DNA from: Reyranella sp.
Lineage (GTDB): Bacteria > Pseudomonadota > Alphaproteobacteria > Reyranellales > Reyranellaceae
Length of the DNA: 64,000 nt
Reading direction: 5' to 3'
Assembly: GCF_965279625.1 (NCBI RefSeq)
Contig: NZ_OZ257251.1
Location: 2,282,061-2,346,060 of the forward strand
In this document: positions 26,713-36,491 of the stretch, one piece after another
Layout of the letters: every line of letters begins with the position of its first letter
Position numbering within the stretch: the first letter of the stretch is position 1
Position numbers and translations under genes: made by a program
Notes under the pieces: model-generated
What the model saw: the letters and a program-made list of their open reading frames with translations, nothing else
What the model was told of the DNA's origin: nothing
Databases searched by the model: none

Positions 26713-28820
26713 CCGGCGCCGCCCCGTCTTCCGCCCCAGCTTCCGGAATGGGCCTCGTCGCCCCCTGGCGCATCGGCGTCGACGTGGGCGGCACCTTCAC
26801 CGACATGGTGCTGCGCGACGCCGCCGGCGCCGTGCGCATCTTCAAGTCGCCCTCGGTTCCGGCCGATCCCAGCGAAGGCGTGCTGGGCGTGCTGCGGCTT
26901 GCGGCCAAGCAACTCGATATCACGCTGACCGCACTCCTGCGCGACTGCGCGCTGTTCGTGCACGGCTCGACGGTGGCGACCAACACGATCCTGGAGAAGA
27001 AGGGCGCCAAGGTCGGCATGCTGACGACCGAGGGCTTCCGCGATTCGCTGGAGATCCGTCGCGGCATCCGCGAGAATCAGTGGGACCATCGTGCGCCCTT
27101 CCCGCAGGTTCTGGTGCCGCGCTACCTGCGGCTCCCGGTGCGCGGCCGCATCGCCGCCGACGGCACCGAGCTGGCGCCGCTGAAGCCTGAAGACGTCGAC
27201 GCCGCGGCCAGGATCTTCGCGGAAGAAGGCGTCGAGTCGGTCGCGGTATGCCTGTTCAACTCCTTCCTCGATGGCGCGCACGAACGCGCCGTCGGTGGCC
27301 AGCTCGCCAAGAGCTGGAACGGCAAATGGGTCTCGCTGTCGAGCGAGGTCATGCCGACCATGGGTGAATACGAGCGCGGCTCGACCGCCGTCGTGAATGC
27401 CTATGTGGCGCCCAAGGTGACGAGCTACCTGCGCGCCCTCGACGAACAATTGCGCCAGTTCGGCCTTCCGCGATCGCTGCTGCTGCTGCAGAGCAATGGC
27501 GGCGCGGTCTCGGTCGACCAGGTGGCGGCGCGGCCGGTGATGCTGGTTCTCTCCGGCCCCGCGGCCGGTGTCGGCGCGCTCAAGGGATGCGCGGCGCCGG
27601 GCGAGAAAGCCAACCTGATCTCGATGGAGATCGGCGGCACGAGCTGCGATGTGATGGTGATGGCGAGCGGCGACGTGCCGGTCACCGACGAACTCACCAT
27701 CGACGGCTACCATCTCACGACGCCGTCGGTTGAGATCCATACGGTCGGCGCCGGCGGCGGCACGATCGCCTGGGTCGACGATGCGGGCCTTCTTCACGCC
27801 GGGCCACAGGGCGCCGGCGCCCGACCCGGCCCCGCAGCCTATGGGCTGGGCGGCGAGAACCCGACCGTTACCGACGCGCAGCTTGTGCTGGGCCGGCTGC
27901 GTCCTGGCCCGCTGGCGGGCGGCGCCGTCACGCTCGACGCGGAGCTTGCCCGCAAGGCCATCGAGACCAAGCTCGCCAAACCGCTCGGCCTCTCGGTCGA
28001 AGAGGCGGCGGCCGGCGTCATCCGCCTGCTGGAGCAGAACCTGCTGCATGCGGTCGAACGGCTCAGCATCGAGCGTGGCCACAATCCCGCGACCTTCACC
28101 CTGGTCGCCGCGGGCGGTGCCGGGCCGATGCACGGCACCGCCGTCGCCCGCGCCCTGGGCAGCCGCCGCGCCCTGCTGCCGCGCGCCGCCGGGGCGTTCT
28201 GCGCCATGGGCATGCTGCAGTCCGACGTGCGGCAGGACTACCTGCAGGTCTTCTTGGCCGATCTCGACAAGGTCGAGACAGCCGCGCTGGAGGCAGGCTT
28301 TGCCCAGCTCGAAGCGCGCGCGCGCGAGGCGCTGGCGCGGGATGGTTTCGGCGAAGGCGAGGTCGCGATCGAGCGTCAGCTCGACCTGCGCTACGACGGC
28401 CAGCAATGGCCGGTGCGCGCGCCGCTTTCTGCATCCGGCTTCGATGCCGCCGCGGCGCGCCAGGCCTTCGAGACCGAGCACCAGCGCCTGTTCGGCCATA
28501 TCCAGCCGGGCGGCCGCATCGACATCACCGCGCTGAGAGTCGTGGCCCGAGGCCGCCTCGACTGGACACCACCCGCGGCGCGCTCAGCCCAGACCGACAC
28601 GCCCAAGCCGCGCGAGACCCGCAAGGTCTGGATCGATCCGGCGACCGGCTGGCTCGACGTACCGATCTACGACGGCGCCGACCTGCGCCCCGGCTGTCGC
28701 CTCGACGGCCCGCTGCTGGTCGAGGAGCGCACGACGACGGCGTTCGTCGGTCCCCGCGACGTGCTCGAAGTCGACGAGCGCGACGATTTCCTCGTGCATG
28801 TCGGCGCCAATGCCACGTAG
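26709..28820 (+). CDS. Hydantoinase/oxoprolinase A subunit (ATP-binding)
   Basis: GVDVGGTFTD, HGSTVATN, LSGPAAG, EIGGTSCD and GAGGG motifs; GTGA overlap with the upstream gene. Confidence 0.9.
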   Translation: MTGAAPSSAPASGMGLVAPWRIGVDVGGTFTDMVLRDAAGAVRIFKSPSVPADPSEGVLGVLRLAAKQLDITLTALLRDCALFVHGSTVATNTILEKKGAKVGMLTTEGFRDSLEIRRGIRENQWDHRAPFPQVLVPRYLRLPVRGRIAADGTELAPLKPEDVDAAARIFAEEGVESVAVCLFNSFLDGAHERAVGGQLAKSWNGKWVSLSSEVMPTMGEYERGSTAVVNAYVAPKVTSYLRALDEQLRQFGLPRSLLLLQSNGGAVSVDQVAARPVMLVLSGPAAGVGALKGCAAPGEKANLISMEIGGTSCDVMVMASGDVPVTDELTIDGYHLTTPSVEIHTVGAGGGTIAWVDDAGLLHAGPQGAGARPGPAAYGLGGENPTVTDAQLVLGRLRPGPLAGGAVTLDAELARKAIETKLAKPLGLSVEEAAAGVIRLLEQNLLHAVERLSIERGHNPATFTLVAAGGAGPMHGTAVARALGSRRALLPRAAGAFCAMGMLQSDVRQDYLQVFLADLDKVETAALEAGFAQLEARAREALARDGFGEGEVAIERQLDLRYDGQQWPVRAPLSASGFDAAAARQAFETEHQRLFGHIQPGGRIDITALRVVARGRLDWTPPAARSAQTDTPKPRETRKVWIDPATGWLDVPIYDGADLRPGCRLDGPLLVEERTTTAFVGPRDVLEVDERDDFLVHVGANAT

Positions 28821-28835
28821 CTCTCACCCACACCA

Positions 28836-28945
28836 CCTCATCCTGAGGAGCACGCGGCAGGCGTGCGTCTCGAAGGATGGGCAACAGGCAAGGTGCTCGT
28901 GCCGACCCTTCGAGACGGCCGCTGCGCGGCCTCCTCAGGGTGAGG
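28836..28945. repeat. RIME-like palindromic element (CCTCATCCTGAGGAG type)
   Basis: CCTCATCCTGAGGAG...CGTCTCGAAGG / CCTTCGAGACG...CTCCTCAGGGTGAGG nested inverted repeats. Confidence 0.85.
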
Positions 28946-28967
28946 CAAGCGACTGGAGGATCAGCCG

Positions 28968-30695
28968 ATGAACCTCGATCCCGTCACGCTCGCGCTGGTG
29001 CAGAACCGGCTCGACCATATCTCGCACCAGATGGGCTGGGTGATGACGCGCACCGCGCGCTCGCCGATCTTCAGCCAGAGCCACGATTTCTCCTGCTTCA
29101 TCGCCGACGCGCGCGGCACCCTGATCAGCCAGGCCGACGGCATCCCGATCCATACCGGTGGTGGCGGTTTCGCCGTGCGCGCCATCCTGCGCGACTTCAG
29201 GGACGCCATCGCGCCCGAAGACGTCTTCCTGCTGAACGATCCCTATACGGCCGGCGGCAACCACCTGCCCGACTGGGTGATCACGCGGCCTGTGTTCGTC
29301 GGGGCCAAGCTGGTGGCCTTCGCCTGCAACCGCGCCCACCAGGCCGATATCGGCGGCGGGGCGGCCGGCACCTACAATTCGGCGGCGACCGAGATCTTCC
29401 ACGAAGGCATCCGCCTGCCGGTGCTGAAGCTGATCGAAGCGGGCAAGGTGCGTGACGACCTGTGGCGCCTCTTGATGCTGAACACGCGCCTGCCCGACGC
29501 ACTCGATGGCGACCTGCGCGCCATGATCGGCTCGACCCGCATCGGCGCGGAGCGGCTGGCGCTGCTGGTCGAGGAGCTCGGCGTCGATCGCGCCGACGAG
29601 TTCTTCGAAGGCGTGCTCGATCATGCCGACCGGCGCTTCCAGACCTGCATCGACCGTCTCGCGCAAGGCGTATGGAAGGGCGAGGAGCCGGTCGACAACG
29701 ACTGCTTCGAGCCAATCGACGCGAGGATCGCCGTCGCGATCACGGTGAAGGACCGCAAGCTGGTCGTGGATTTCGCCGGCACCTCGCCGCAGGTGCGCGG
29801 CTTCAAGAACAGCTCGATCGCCAACTCGACCTCGGCGGTCTTCATGTCGCTGGCCTCGTTCTTCGAGCCTGACCTGCCGAAGAACGAAGGCGCCTTCCGC
29901 AGCGTCGAGATCCGGCTGCCCGAAGGCACGCTGGTGAACGCGCGCATGCCGGCCCCGATGACCATGAACACGGTGTTCGTGGCACACGAGATCATCCACG
30001 CGATGTGGAAGGCGTTGGCGCAGGCACTGCCCGAGCGCGCCTCAGCCGGCTGGTCCAAGGCCGTTCATGCCGTCACGGCAGGCCTCCGCGAGGATGGCGG
30101 GCGCTACGTCATGTACCAGTGGGCCGGCGCCCCGGCCGGCGGCGGAGTCGAGGGCCGCGACGGCTTCCACCTGATCGGCCACCTCATCACCCTGGGCGGG
30201 CTCACCCTGCCCAACCTCGAGACCTATGAGCAGCTCTATCCCGCCCGTTTCCGCCGACAGGAGCTGCGCTGCGACACCGCGGGTGCCGGCCGCTTCCGCG
30301 GCGGCGCCGGCTGCGACTACGAGGTCGAGATCTTCACCCCGGCCGACTATGCCTTTCGCGGCGAGGGCGCCGGTGCCCCCTCGAGCTTCGGCGTCGCGGG
30401 CGGCCGGGCCGGCGCCGGAGGCGAGGTCGTTCTCACCCTGGCCGACGGTGAACGAATCCAGGCACCGAAATACGGCGTCGAACGCCATGGACCCGGCGCC
30501 TATCGCGCGCTGTCGCCGGGCGGCGGCGGCTATGGCGATCCTCGGACGCGCGATCCGGAGCGTGTGCTGCGCGACGTGCGCGACGGGATCGTGAGCGTCG
30601 AAAGTGCCGAAAAGGACTATGCCGTCGCGATCGCCGCGAACGGCAGCAGCGTGGATGCCCTGCGCACGGCGGAGTTGCGCAAGCCCCTGCCCTGA
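28968..30695 (+). CDS. Hydantoinase B/oxoprolinase subunit
   Basis: RTARSPIF, HDFSC, LNDPY.GGNHLPD, HQADIGG and GGGGYGDP motifs. Confidence 0.92.
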   Translation: MNLDPVTLALVQNRLDHISHQMGWVMTRTARSPIFSQSHDFSCFIADARGTLISQADGIPIHTGGGGFAVRAILRDFRDAIAPEDVFLLNDPYTAGGNHLPDWVITRPVFVGAKLVAFACNRAHQADIGGGAAGTYNSAATEIFHEGIRLPVLKLIEAGKVRDDLWRLLMLNTRLPDALDGDLRAMIGSTRIGAERLALLVEELGVDRADEFFEGVLDHADRRFQTCIDRLAQGVWKGEEPVDNDCFEPIDARIAVAITVKDRKLVVDFAGTSPQVRGFKNSSIANSTSAVFMSLASFFEPDLPKNEGAFRSVEIRLPEGTLVNARMPAPMTMNTVFVAHEIIHAMWKALAQALPERASAGWSKAVHAVTAGLREDGGRYVMYQWAGAPAGGGVEGRDGFHLIGHLITLGGLTLPNLETYEQLYPARFRRQELRCDTAGAGRFRGGAGCDYEVEIFTPADYAFRGEGAGAPSSFGVAGGRAGAGGEVVLTLADGERIQAPKYGVERHGPGAYRALSPGGGGYGDPRTRDPERVLRDVRDGIVSVESAEKDYAVAIAANGSSVDALRTAELRKPLP

Positions 30696-30810
30696 AACCG
30701 CCATCTGCCGTTCGGCTGGCGGTCGGAGGGATTGCGCCCGCCTTGCCGCAGCGCGAACTCCCGACTTAGTTTCCACCCCGAAAATGAAAACAATCAGGGA
30801 AGGACTTCAG

Positions 30811-31773
30811 ATGATCCAGCGCCGTACGTTCGTGGCCGGCACTGCCGCCGCCCTCACCCTGCCGTCGATCGCCTTCGGTCAAAGCGGGCAGCTCCGGCTC
30901 GTCGTGCCGTATGGGCCCGGTGGCTCGACGGACACGGCCGGCCGCGTCCTGGCCGAGCGCATGTCGGCTGACACCGGCAAGACGATCGTGGTCGAGAACC
31001 GGCCCGGCGGCGGCACGATGATCGGCATGGTGAACGTCGCCAAGAGCAAGCCGGACGGCACCAGCCTCATGATCCTGACGACCACAGCGGCGCTGCAGCC
31101 GGCCTTCGACATTCCCATGCCGATCGACCCGCAGAAGGACCTCGCGATGGTGGCGCAGCTCGCCGACATTCCCTGCGTGCTGGCGGTCAACGCGAACAAC
31201 CCGGCCAAGACCTTCGCCGAGTTCATCGAATGGGTGAAGGCGCAGCCTGGCCCCGTCCACTATTCGACGTCGAGCTCGGGCGGCCTGCCGCATCTCTGGG
31301 GCGAGGTGATCGCCACGCGCACCAACGGCAAGCTCCAGCACATCCCGTACAAGGCCGCCGCCGAGGCGTTGCGCGACGCAGTCGCCGGCCACGTGCCGGC
31401 CTTCGTCGACGTGACCACGCCGGTCGACGCGCAGATCCGCGCCGGCACGATGCGCGGCCTGATCTGCGGCGCCAAGAGCCGCGTCGCCAACATCCCGGAC
31501 GTGCCGGTGGCCAGCGAACTCGGTGCGCCGGAACTCGAGGCCGCCGTCTATTTCGGCGTGGCGACGACGGCAGGCACGCCGCCGGAGATCATCCAGCAGC
31601 TCAACGCGGCCGTGAATGCCGCGCTGAAGGTCGAGGCGGTGCGCGAGAGACTGATGTCCCTCGGCTTCATCCCGACCGGCGGCACGCCCGAAGCCTATGC
31701 CAAGCGCCTGGCCGACGAGACCGTGCGCTGGCGCAAGGTGATCAAGGACGCGAATATCCCGGCGCCGACCTGA
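30811..31773 (+). CDS. Bug/TctC substrate-binding protein
   Basis: Start moved to ATG 30811. VPYGPGGSTD, VENRPGGG and HIPYK motifs. Confidence 0.9.
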   Translation: MIQRRTFVAGTAAALTLPSIAFGQSGQLRLVVPYGPGGSTDTAGRVLAERMSADTGKTIVVENRPGGGTMIGMVNVAKSKPDGTSLMILTTTAALQPAFDIPMPIDPQKDLAMVAQLADIPCVLAVNANNPAKTFAEFIEWVKAQPGPVHYSTSSSGGLPHLWGEVIATRTNGKLQHIPYKAAAEALRDAVAGHVPAFVDVTTPVDAQIRAGTMRGLICGAKSRVANIPDVPVASELGAPELEAAVYFGVATTAGTPPEIIQQLNAAVNAALKVEAVRERLMSLGFIPTGGTPEAYAKRLADETVRWRKVIKDANIPAPT

Positions 31774-31796
31774 GCGACGGGCTCGTCAGGACCATC

Positions 31797-32507
31797 CTAG
31801 AACGAGCCGGTGAACTCGAACTCGATCGAGTTCCTCACATTGTCGATCTTCCAGGAGCTGAGGCGGCGCAGGAAGCTCTGCCCCAGCAACGCCCGGCTGC
31901 GCGCCGGACTGACGGACGCCATGACGTTCTCCATCGTACGCTCGCCGATCCTGATCGTGCGGAGACGCACGATGCGCTGCTGAAGGCCGCTGCCGTCGGC
32001 CAGGGTGAAGCGCCGCTGGCCCAGCGAATCGGCCTCGGTGAGCGTGCCGTTGCGCTTCATCTCCTCGGCGAGCTCCTCCGGGATCTGGACGTTGGCCGCG
32101 CCGGAATCGACGATGAAATAGGCCGTCGAGGTACCGTTCACCGTCGCCGGCAGAACGAACACGCCCCCCATTCTCTGGAACCGCTCGGTCGCGCGCGCCA
32201 GCGCCGCATCCTTGAGGGCCTTGGCGCTGGGCTGGCCGGCCACCGGATCGCCGCCGCACGGCGTCCAGCCCGGAGGCGCCCCTTCGACAGGCCCGTAGCA
32301 ATAGTTCGAGGCCGACAGCAGCTTCGAATAGGTATCGCGCTGCTCGCAGGCGGCGATCGCTTCGAGCGCGGGTGTGGCCGGCGCGCGGCAGGCCGCATTG
32401 CTCTTCTGCCATTGCGCGACGAACTGCGCCGCCTCCTGCGCCTGAGGTGCTCCAGCTTCGAAGAGGAGCGTCGCGGCGAGCGTCGCCAGGAAGAGCGTCT
32501 GTCTCAT
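31797..32507 (-). CDS. Exported retropepsin-like (clan AA) aspartic protease
   Basis: Signal peptide; FIVDSGA catalytic motif, LADGS flap, LLGQSFL. Confidence 0.8.
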   Translation of the reverse strand: MRQTLFLATLAATLLFEAGAPQAQEAAQFVAQWQKSNAACRAPATPALEAIAACEQRDTYSKLLSASNYCYGPVEGAPPGWTPCGGDPVAGQPSAKALKDAALARATERFQRMGGVFVLPATVNGTSTAYFIVDSGAANVQIPEELAEEMKRNGTLTEADSLGQRRFTLADGSGLQQRIVRLRTIRIGERTMENVMASVSPARSRALLGQSFLRRLSSWKIDNVRNSIEFEFTGSF

Positions 32508-32766
32508 CGTTTCCGTCCGATCACTATTGCAGCCGGTTGGACACTCCCGCGCGCAACCTGTACGAAGTCTATACCATCGCCCACCAAACGGTTGGCCTGC
32601 GATGGCTGAGAGATGTGTGTGCTCCCGCCCCTACCGAGGCGACGCGCATCTGGGCCGGCCCGAGTTGCCGCCCCCGTTCATGAGTTTCCTCGTTCTGTCG
32701 ATCGCCGGCTGCGCAATTCTGCGCGCGCCGGCTGGCGGGGGCTGCATGGCCCCGGAAGGATTTCCC

Positions 32767-33129
32767 ATGGAAATGCCAAAGAACATCTCGACCCTGATCT
32801 GGAGCGCCGTCGGTGGCGCCGTCCTCTCAATGGCCGTGGGCTTCACCTGGGGCGGTTGGGTCACGGGTGGAACGGCGCGCAAGGATTCCGCAGCGGCGGC
32901 CCATGATGCCGTCGTCGTCGCCCTGGCGCCGATCTGCGTCGATCGCTTCAAGCGCCAGGACGACGCCGCGACGAAGATCACCGAACTGGGCAAGGCCAGC
33001 ACCTGGGACCGCGGCAACGTGATCGCCAAGAGCGGCTTCGCCACGATGCCCGGCGCCAAAGATGCCGATTCCGACGTAGCCCGCGCCTGCGCCGAGATCC
33101 TGGCCAACCCGGCGACGCCCAAGACCTGA
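32767..33129 (+). CDS. Conserved-type hypothetical membrane-anchored protein (120 aa)
   Basis: Start moved to ATG 32767 after GGAAGGA. TM segment, GFTWGGW, two Cys; biased codon usage. Confidence 0.7.
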   Translation: MEMPKNISTLIWSAVGGAVLSMAVGFTWGGWVTGGTARKDSAAAAHDAVVVALAPICVDRFKRQDDAATKITELGKASTWDRGNVIAKSGFATMPGAKDADSDVARACAEILANPATPKT

Positions 33130-33166
33130 ACGAAGTAGACGCCGGTCTCACCGGCCGGCGTCGCTC

Positions 33167-34099
33167 CTACGGCTTGCTCTGCGTGCGCGCCCGACGCGCC
33201 TCGTAGGCCTTGAGATGGGCGTAGGCGAGCCGCAGCACGGGGAAACCGTCCGCCGTACCGCTGCGCTTCAGCAGGTCGCCCAACATGTGATCCGCTTCGA
33301 TCGGCCGGCCGCCTTCGACGTCGCGCAGCATCGATGCAGTGAACGGCGAACCCGCGGTCGTGAGCATGGTCCGGCCGCGCTGCACGGAAGCCGGCCTTGG
33401 CGCGAAGCCCTGTGACGCGGCGATCGACGAGATCTCGTCGAACAGGGCCAGCGTGCGATCGGCCGCTCCCGCCGCCACGATGTCCCCCACCGCGGCGCGC
33501 ATCAGGCAGGTGATGCCCGCGGCCGTGGAGATGAACACCCACTTCTCCCACATCTCCTGAAGGATGGTCTCGCTCCCGCCGCCTTGGACCTGGGCGGCGG
33601 CGAAGGCTTCCGCGATCGCATCGATGCGCGCGGTCCGCGAACCGGAGCGCTCGCCGAAGGAGATCGTGCCGCCATCGTTCAGGTGCAGCACACGGCCCTC
33701 GGGATCGAGCACCAGCGAGATCGCGCACTGACCGCCCAGGACGGCATGCTCGCCGAAGCGCGTCACCAGCGAATCGAGATGGCTCATGCCGTTCAGCAAC
33801 GGGAGGATCGCCGAGTCCGGCCCGACGGCCGGCGCAAACGAATCAATCGCATTGTCGAGATCGAAGGCCTTGCAGCTCAACAGGATGAGGTCGTAAGGCC
33901 CGGCCAACCTGTCGGCCGTAACCGTTGGCGGCGCCGGAAGGTCGAGATCGCCCAGCTTGCTCTTCACCACCAGGCCGGTCCTGGCGAGCTGCGCCGCCCG
34001 GCCCGGCCGCACCAGAAAAGTGACGTCGCGCCCCGCCGCCAGCAGCCGCGCGCCGAAATAGCCGCCGATCGCGCCGGCACCGACCACCAGAATACGCAT
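33167..34099 (-). CDS. panE: 2-dehydropantoate 2-reductase (ketopantoate reductase)
   Basis: MRILVVGAGAIGGYFG, LLNG, WEKW and SMLRD motifs. Confidence 0.85.
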   Translation of the reverse strand: MRILVVGAGAIGGYFGARLLAAGRDVTFLVRPGRAAQLARTGLVVKSKLGDLDLPAPPTVTADRLAGPYDLILLSCKAFDLDNAIDSFAPAVGPDSAILPLLNGMSHLDSLVTRFGEHAVLGGQCAISLVLDPEGRVLHLNDGGTISFGERSGSRTARIDAIAEAFAAAQVQGGGSETILQEMWEKWVFISTAAGITCLMRAAVGDIVAAGAADRTLALFDEISSIAASQGFAPRPASVQRGRTMLTTAGSPFTASMLRDVEGGRPIEADHMLGDLLKRSGTADGFPVLRLAYAHLKAYEARRARTQSKP

Positions 34100-34206
34100 G
34101 TCCAGATCCCTCAGGCTTCGATGCACCTGACCTTAGTGAAGGCGGGATCCGGCTTCGCGCGACAATTCCTTGGAACGCCCGAAGAATTCCTGCCGTGAGG
34201 CCTGAT

Positions 34207-34671
34207 CTACTTGCGTCGCGCCTTCTTCAGGGTCTTGCGCGGCTTCTTGCTCGTTTCGGCGTCGAGTTCGTCGAACGCTTCCTTCATGGTCATCAACGCA
34301 TTGGTGGCTGCCGGAAAGCCGCAATAGGCGATCATCTGGGTGATGATCTCGGTCACTTCGGCACGCGAGGCGCCGCAACGTAAGGCCGCCTTCACGTGCA
34401 GCTTCAGCTCGACCAGGGAGAAGCCCTGTACCGTAAGCGCCGCGACGGTGCAGAGTTCGCGCGTCTTGAGATCGATGACATCGCGCGTGTAGAGCTCGCC
34501 GAACGGGAAGGTGACATTCACCCAGGCGAATTCCGGCGCCAGCGCCTTGATGTTGCGGATATAGGAATCCGCCATTGGTCCGAGCTGCTTGCGGATCTCA
34601 TGCATACCCCGTTGATATTCCGCCGAGCGCTCGTCGTGCGGATTCGCCACGCTCTTCTTCGTTCGTGCCAT
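34207..34671 (-). CDS. Carboxymuconolactone decarboxylase family protein
   Basis: Start at ATG 34671 after GGAAAGCGAGG. FGELYTR, TRELCTVAAL, EIITQMIAYCGFPAA; Lys-rich tail. Confidence 0.85.
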   Translation of the reverse strand: MARTKKSVANPHDERSAEYQRGMHEIRKQLGPMADSYIRNIKALAPEFAWVNVTFPFGELYTRDVIDLKTRELCTVAALTVQGFSLVELKLHVKAALRCGASRAEVTEIITQMIAYCGFPAATNALMTMKEAFDELDAETSKKPRKTLKKARRK

Positions 34672-34807
34672 GGTGGACCTCGCTTTCCGCCGAGACCCTA
34701 GCCGCACTCTCCTGTGTGGAGAAGCTTCAATGCCGTCGCTACCGCAGCCACGACAGGCCCTCCGCGCTCGGGCATAGTCATCCCGACTTGAGTCTGGGAG
34801 ATGTCGA

Positions 34808-36466
34808 ATGAGCGACCCGAAGAACGGCGCACACCTGCTGGTACGCAACCTCGAAGCCCAGGGCGTGGAGTACATATTCGGCATTCCCGGCGCCAAGATC
34901 GACCCGGTCTTCGATGCGCTTGCCGATTCGAAGATCAAGCTGGTCGTCTGCCGGCACGAGCAGAACGCGACCTTCATTGCGGGTGGCCTGGGCCGGCTGA
35001 CCGGCAAGGCCGGCGTGGTGCTCGTGACGTCTGGCCCCGGCGTCTCAAACCTGGCAACCGGCCTGGCCACCGCCAATACCGAGGGCGACCCGGTCGTGGC
35101 ACTGGGCGGCGCCGTACCGATCGCCGACCGGCTGAAGCAGGCGCACCAGAGCATGGACACGGTGGCATTGCTGCGCCCCATCACCAAGTATGCCGCCGAG
35201 ATCGATTCGCCGTCGGCGATCTCCGAAGCGACCGCCGCCGCCTTCCGCGCCGCCGAATCGGGCCGTCCGGGTACAGCCTTTCTCGGCCTGCCCAAGGACG
35301 TCATGAAGGCGCCCGCTCCCGGCGTTGTACTCACCCCCGCGACCATCCCGGCGCTCGGCGCGGCCAACACGGAAGCGATCGCCGCCGCCGCCGCCATGAT
35401 CGACGCGGCGGAACGGCCGGTGATGCTGCTCGGCATGCTGGCGAGCCAGGGGCCCGTCTCCCTGGCGGTGCGTGCGCTGCTCTCACGCACGCGGCTGGCC
35501 GTCGCCGGCACCTACCAGGCCGCGGGCGTGGTCCCGCGCGACCGGCTCGACTGTTTCGGCGGAAGGGTCGGGCTGTTCCACAACCAGCCGGCCGACCGAC
35601 TGCTCGACGAGGCGGACGTCGTCATCACCGTGGGTTTCGATCCGGTGGAATACGACCCGGCGCTCTGGAACGCCGGACGCAAGCGCAAGCTGATCCACAT
35701 CGACTTCATCCCGGCGGACTACGACCAGTACTACCGCCCCGACATCGAACTGATGGGCGACAGTGCCGCCACCCTGCGTGCCCTGTCGGCGCTGTTGCAG
35801 CCGAAGGATCGCCCGACGCAGACGGCGCTGCTGGCGGAGATCCAGCGCGAGCGCGCCACCGTGGCTGCCGAGGCCGCCAAGCGCTCCGGCGCCCCGGTCC
35901 ATCCGCTGCGGCTGGTGCATGAGCTGCAGAAGCTGATCGACGAGGACGTGACGCTCTGCTCCGACATGGGCTCCTTCCATATCTGGATGGCGCGGCACCT
36001 CATCAGCCACCGGCCGCGGCAGATCATGATCAGCAACGGCCAGCAGACCTTGGGCGTCGCCCTCCCATGGGGCATCGCCGCCTGCCTGGCGGAGCCCGGC
36101 CGCAAGGTGATCTCCATCTCCGGCGATGGCGGCTTCCTGTTCTCCGCGGTCGAACTCGAGACGGCGGTCCGCCTCAAGTGCAACTTCGTGCACGTCGTCT
36201 GGATCGACGGCAGCTACAACATGGTCGGCATCCAGCAGGTCGCGGCCTACGGCCGCGATTCAGGCGTGCATTTCGGCCCCGTGGACCTGGTGAAGTTCGC
36301 CGAGGCGATGGGCGCGCAGGGCCTGATGATCAAGGACGCCGACGATGTCGGCCCGACGCTCCGGAAGGCGATGGCGATGGATGGCCCGGTCCTGGTCGGC
36401 GTGCACGTCGACTATCGCGACAATCCGAGCCTGATGGCCGCGATGCACGAGGACGTCATCATCTGA
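34808..36466 (+). CDS. alsS: Catabolic-type acetolactate synthase
   Basis: GIPGAKID, RHEQNA, HQSMD, SNGQQTLGV and ThDP motif GDGGFLFS. GAKID and NGQQTLGV typify the AlsS/BudB type. Confidence 0.85.
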   Translation: MSDPKNGAHLLVRNLEAQGVEYIFGIPGAKIDPVFDALADSKIKLVVCRHEQNATFIAGGLGRLTGKAGVVLVTSGPGVSNLATGLATANTEGDPVVALGGAVPIADRLKQAHQSMDTVALLRPITKYAAEIDSPSAISEATAAAFRAAESGRPGTAFLGLPKDVMKAPAPGVVLTPATIPALGAANTEAIAAAAAMIDAAERPVMLLGMLASQGPVSLAVRALLSRTRLAVAGTYQAAGVVPRDRLDCFGGRVGLFHNQPADRLLDEADVVITVGFDPVEYDPALWNAGRKRKLIHIDFIPADYDQYYRPDIELMGDSAATLRALSALLQPKDRPTQTALLAEIQRERATVAAEAAKRSGAPVHPLRLVHELQKLIDEDVTLCSDMGSFHIWMARHLISHRPRQIMISNGQQTLGVALPWGIAACLAEPGRKVISISGDGGFLFSAVELETAVRLKCNFVHVVWIDGSYNMVGIQQVAAYGRDSGVHFGPVDLVKFAEAMGAQGLMIKDADDVGPTLRKAMAMDGPVLVGVHVDYRDNPSLMAAMHEDVII

Positions 36467-36491
36467 CGTCCTCTTCGCTCACGGTCCGCGA

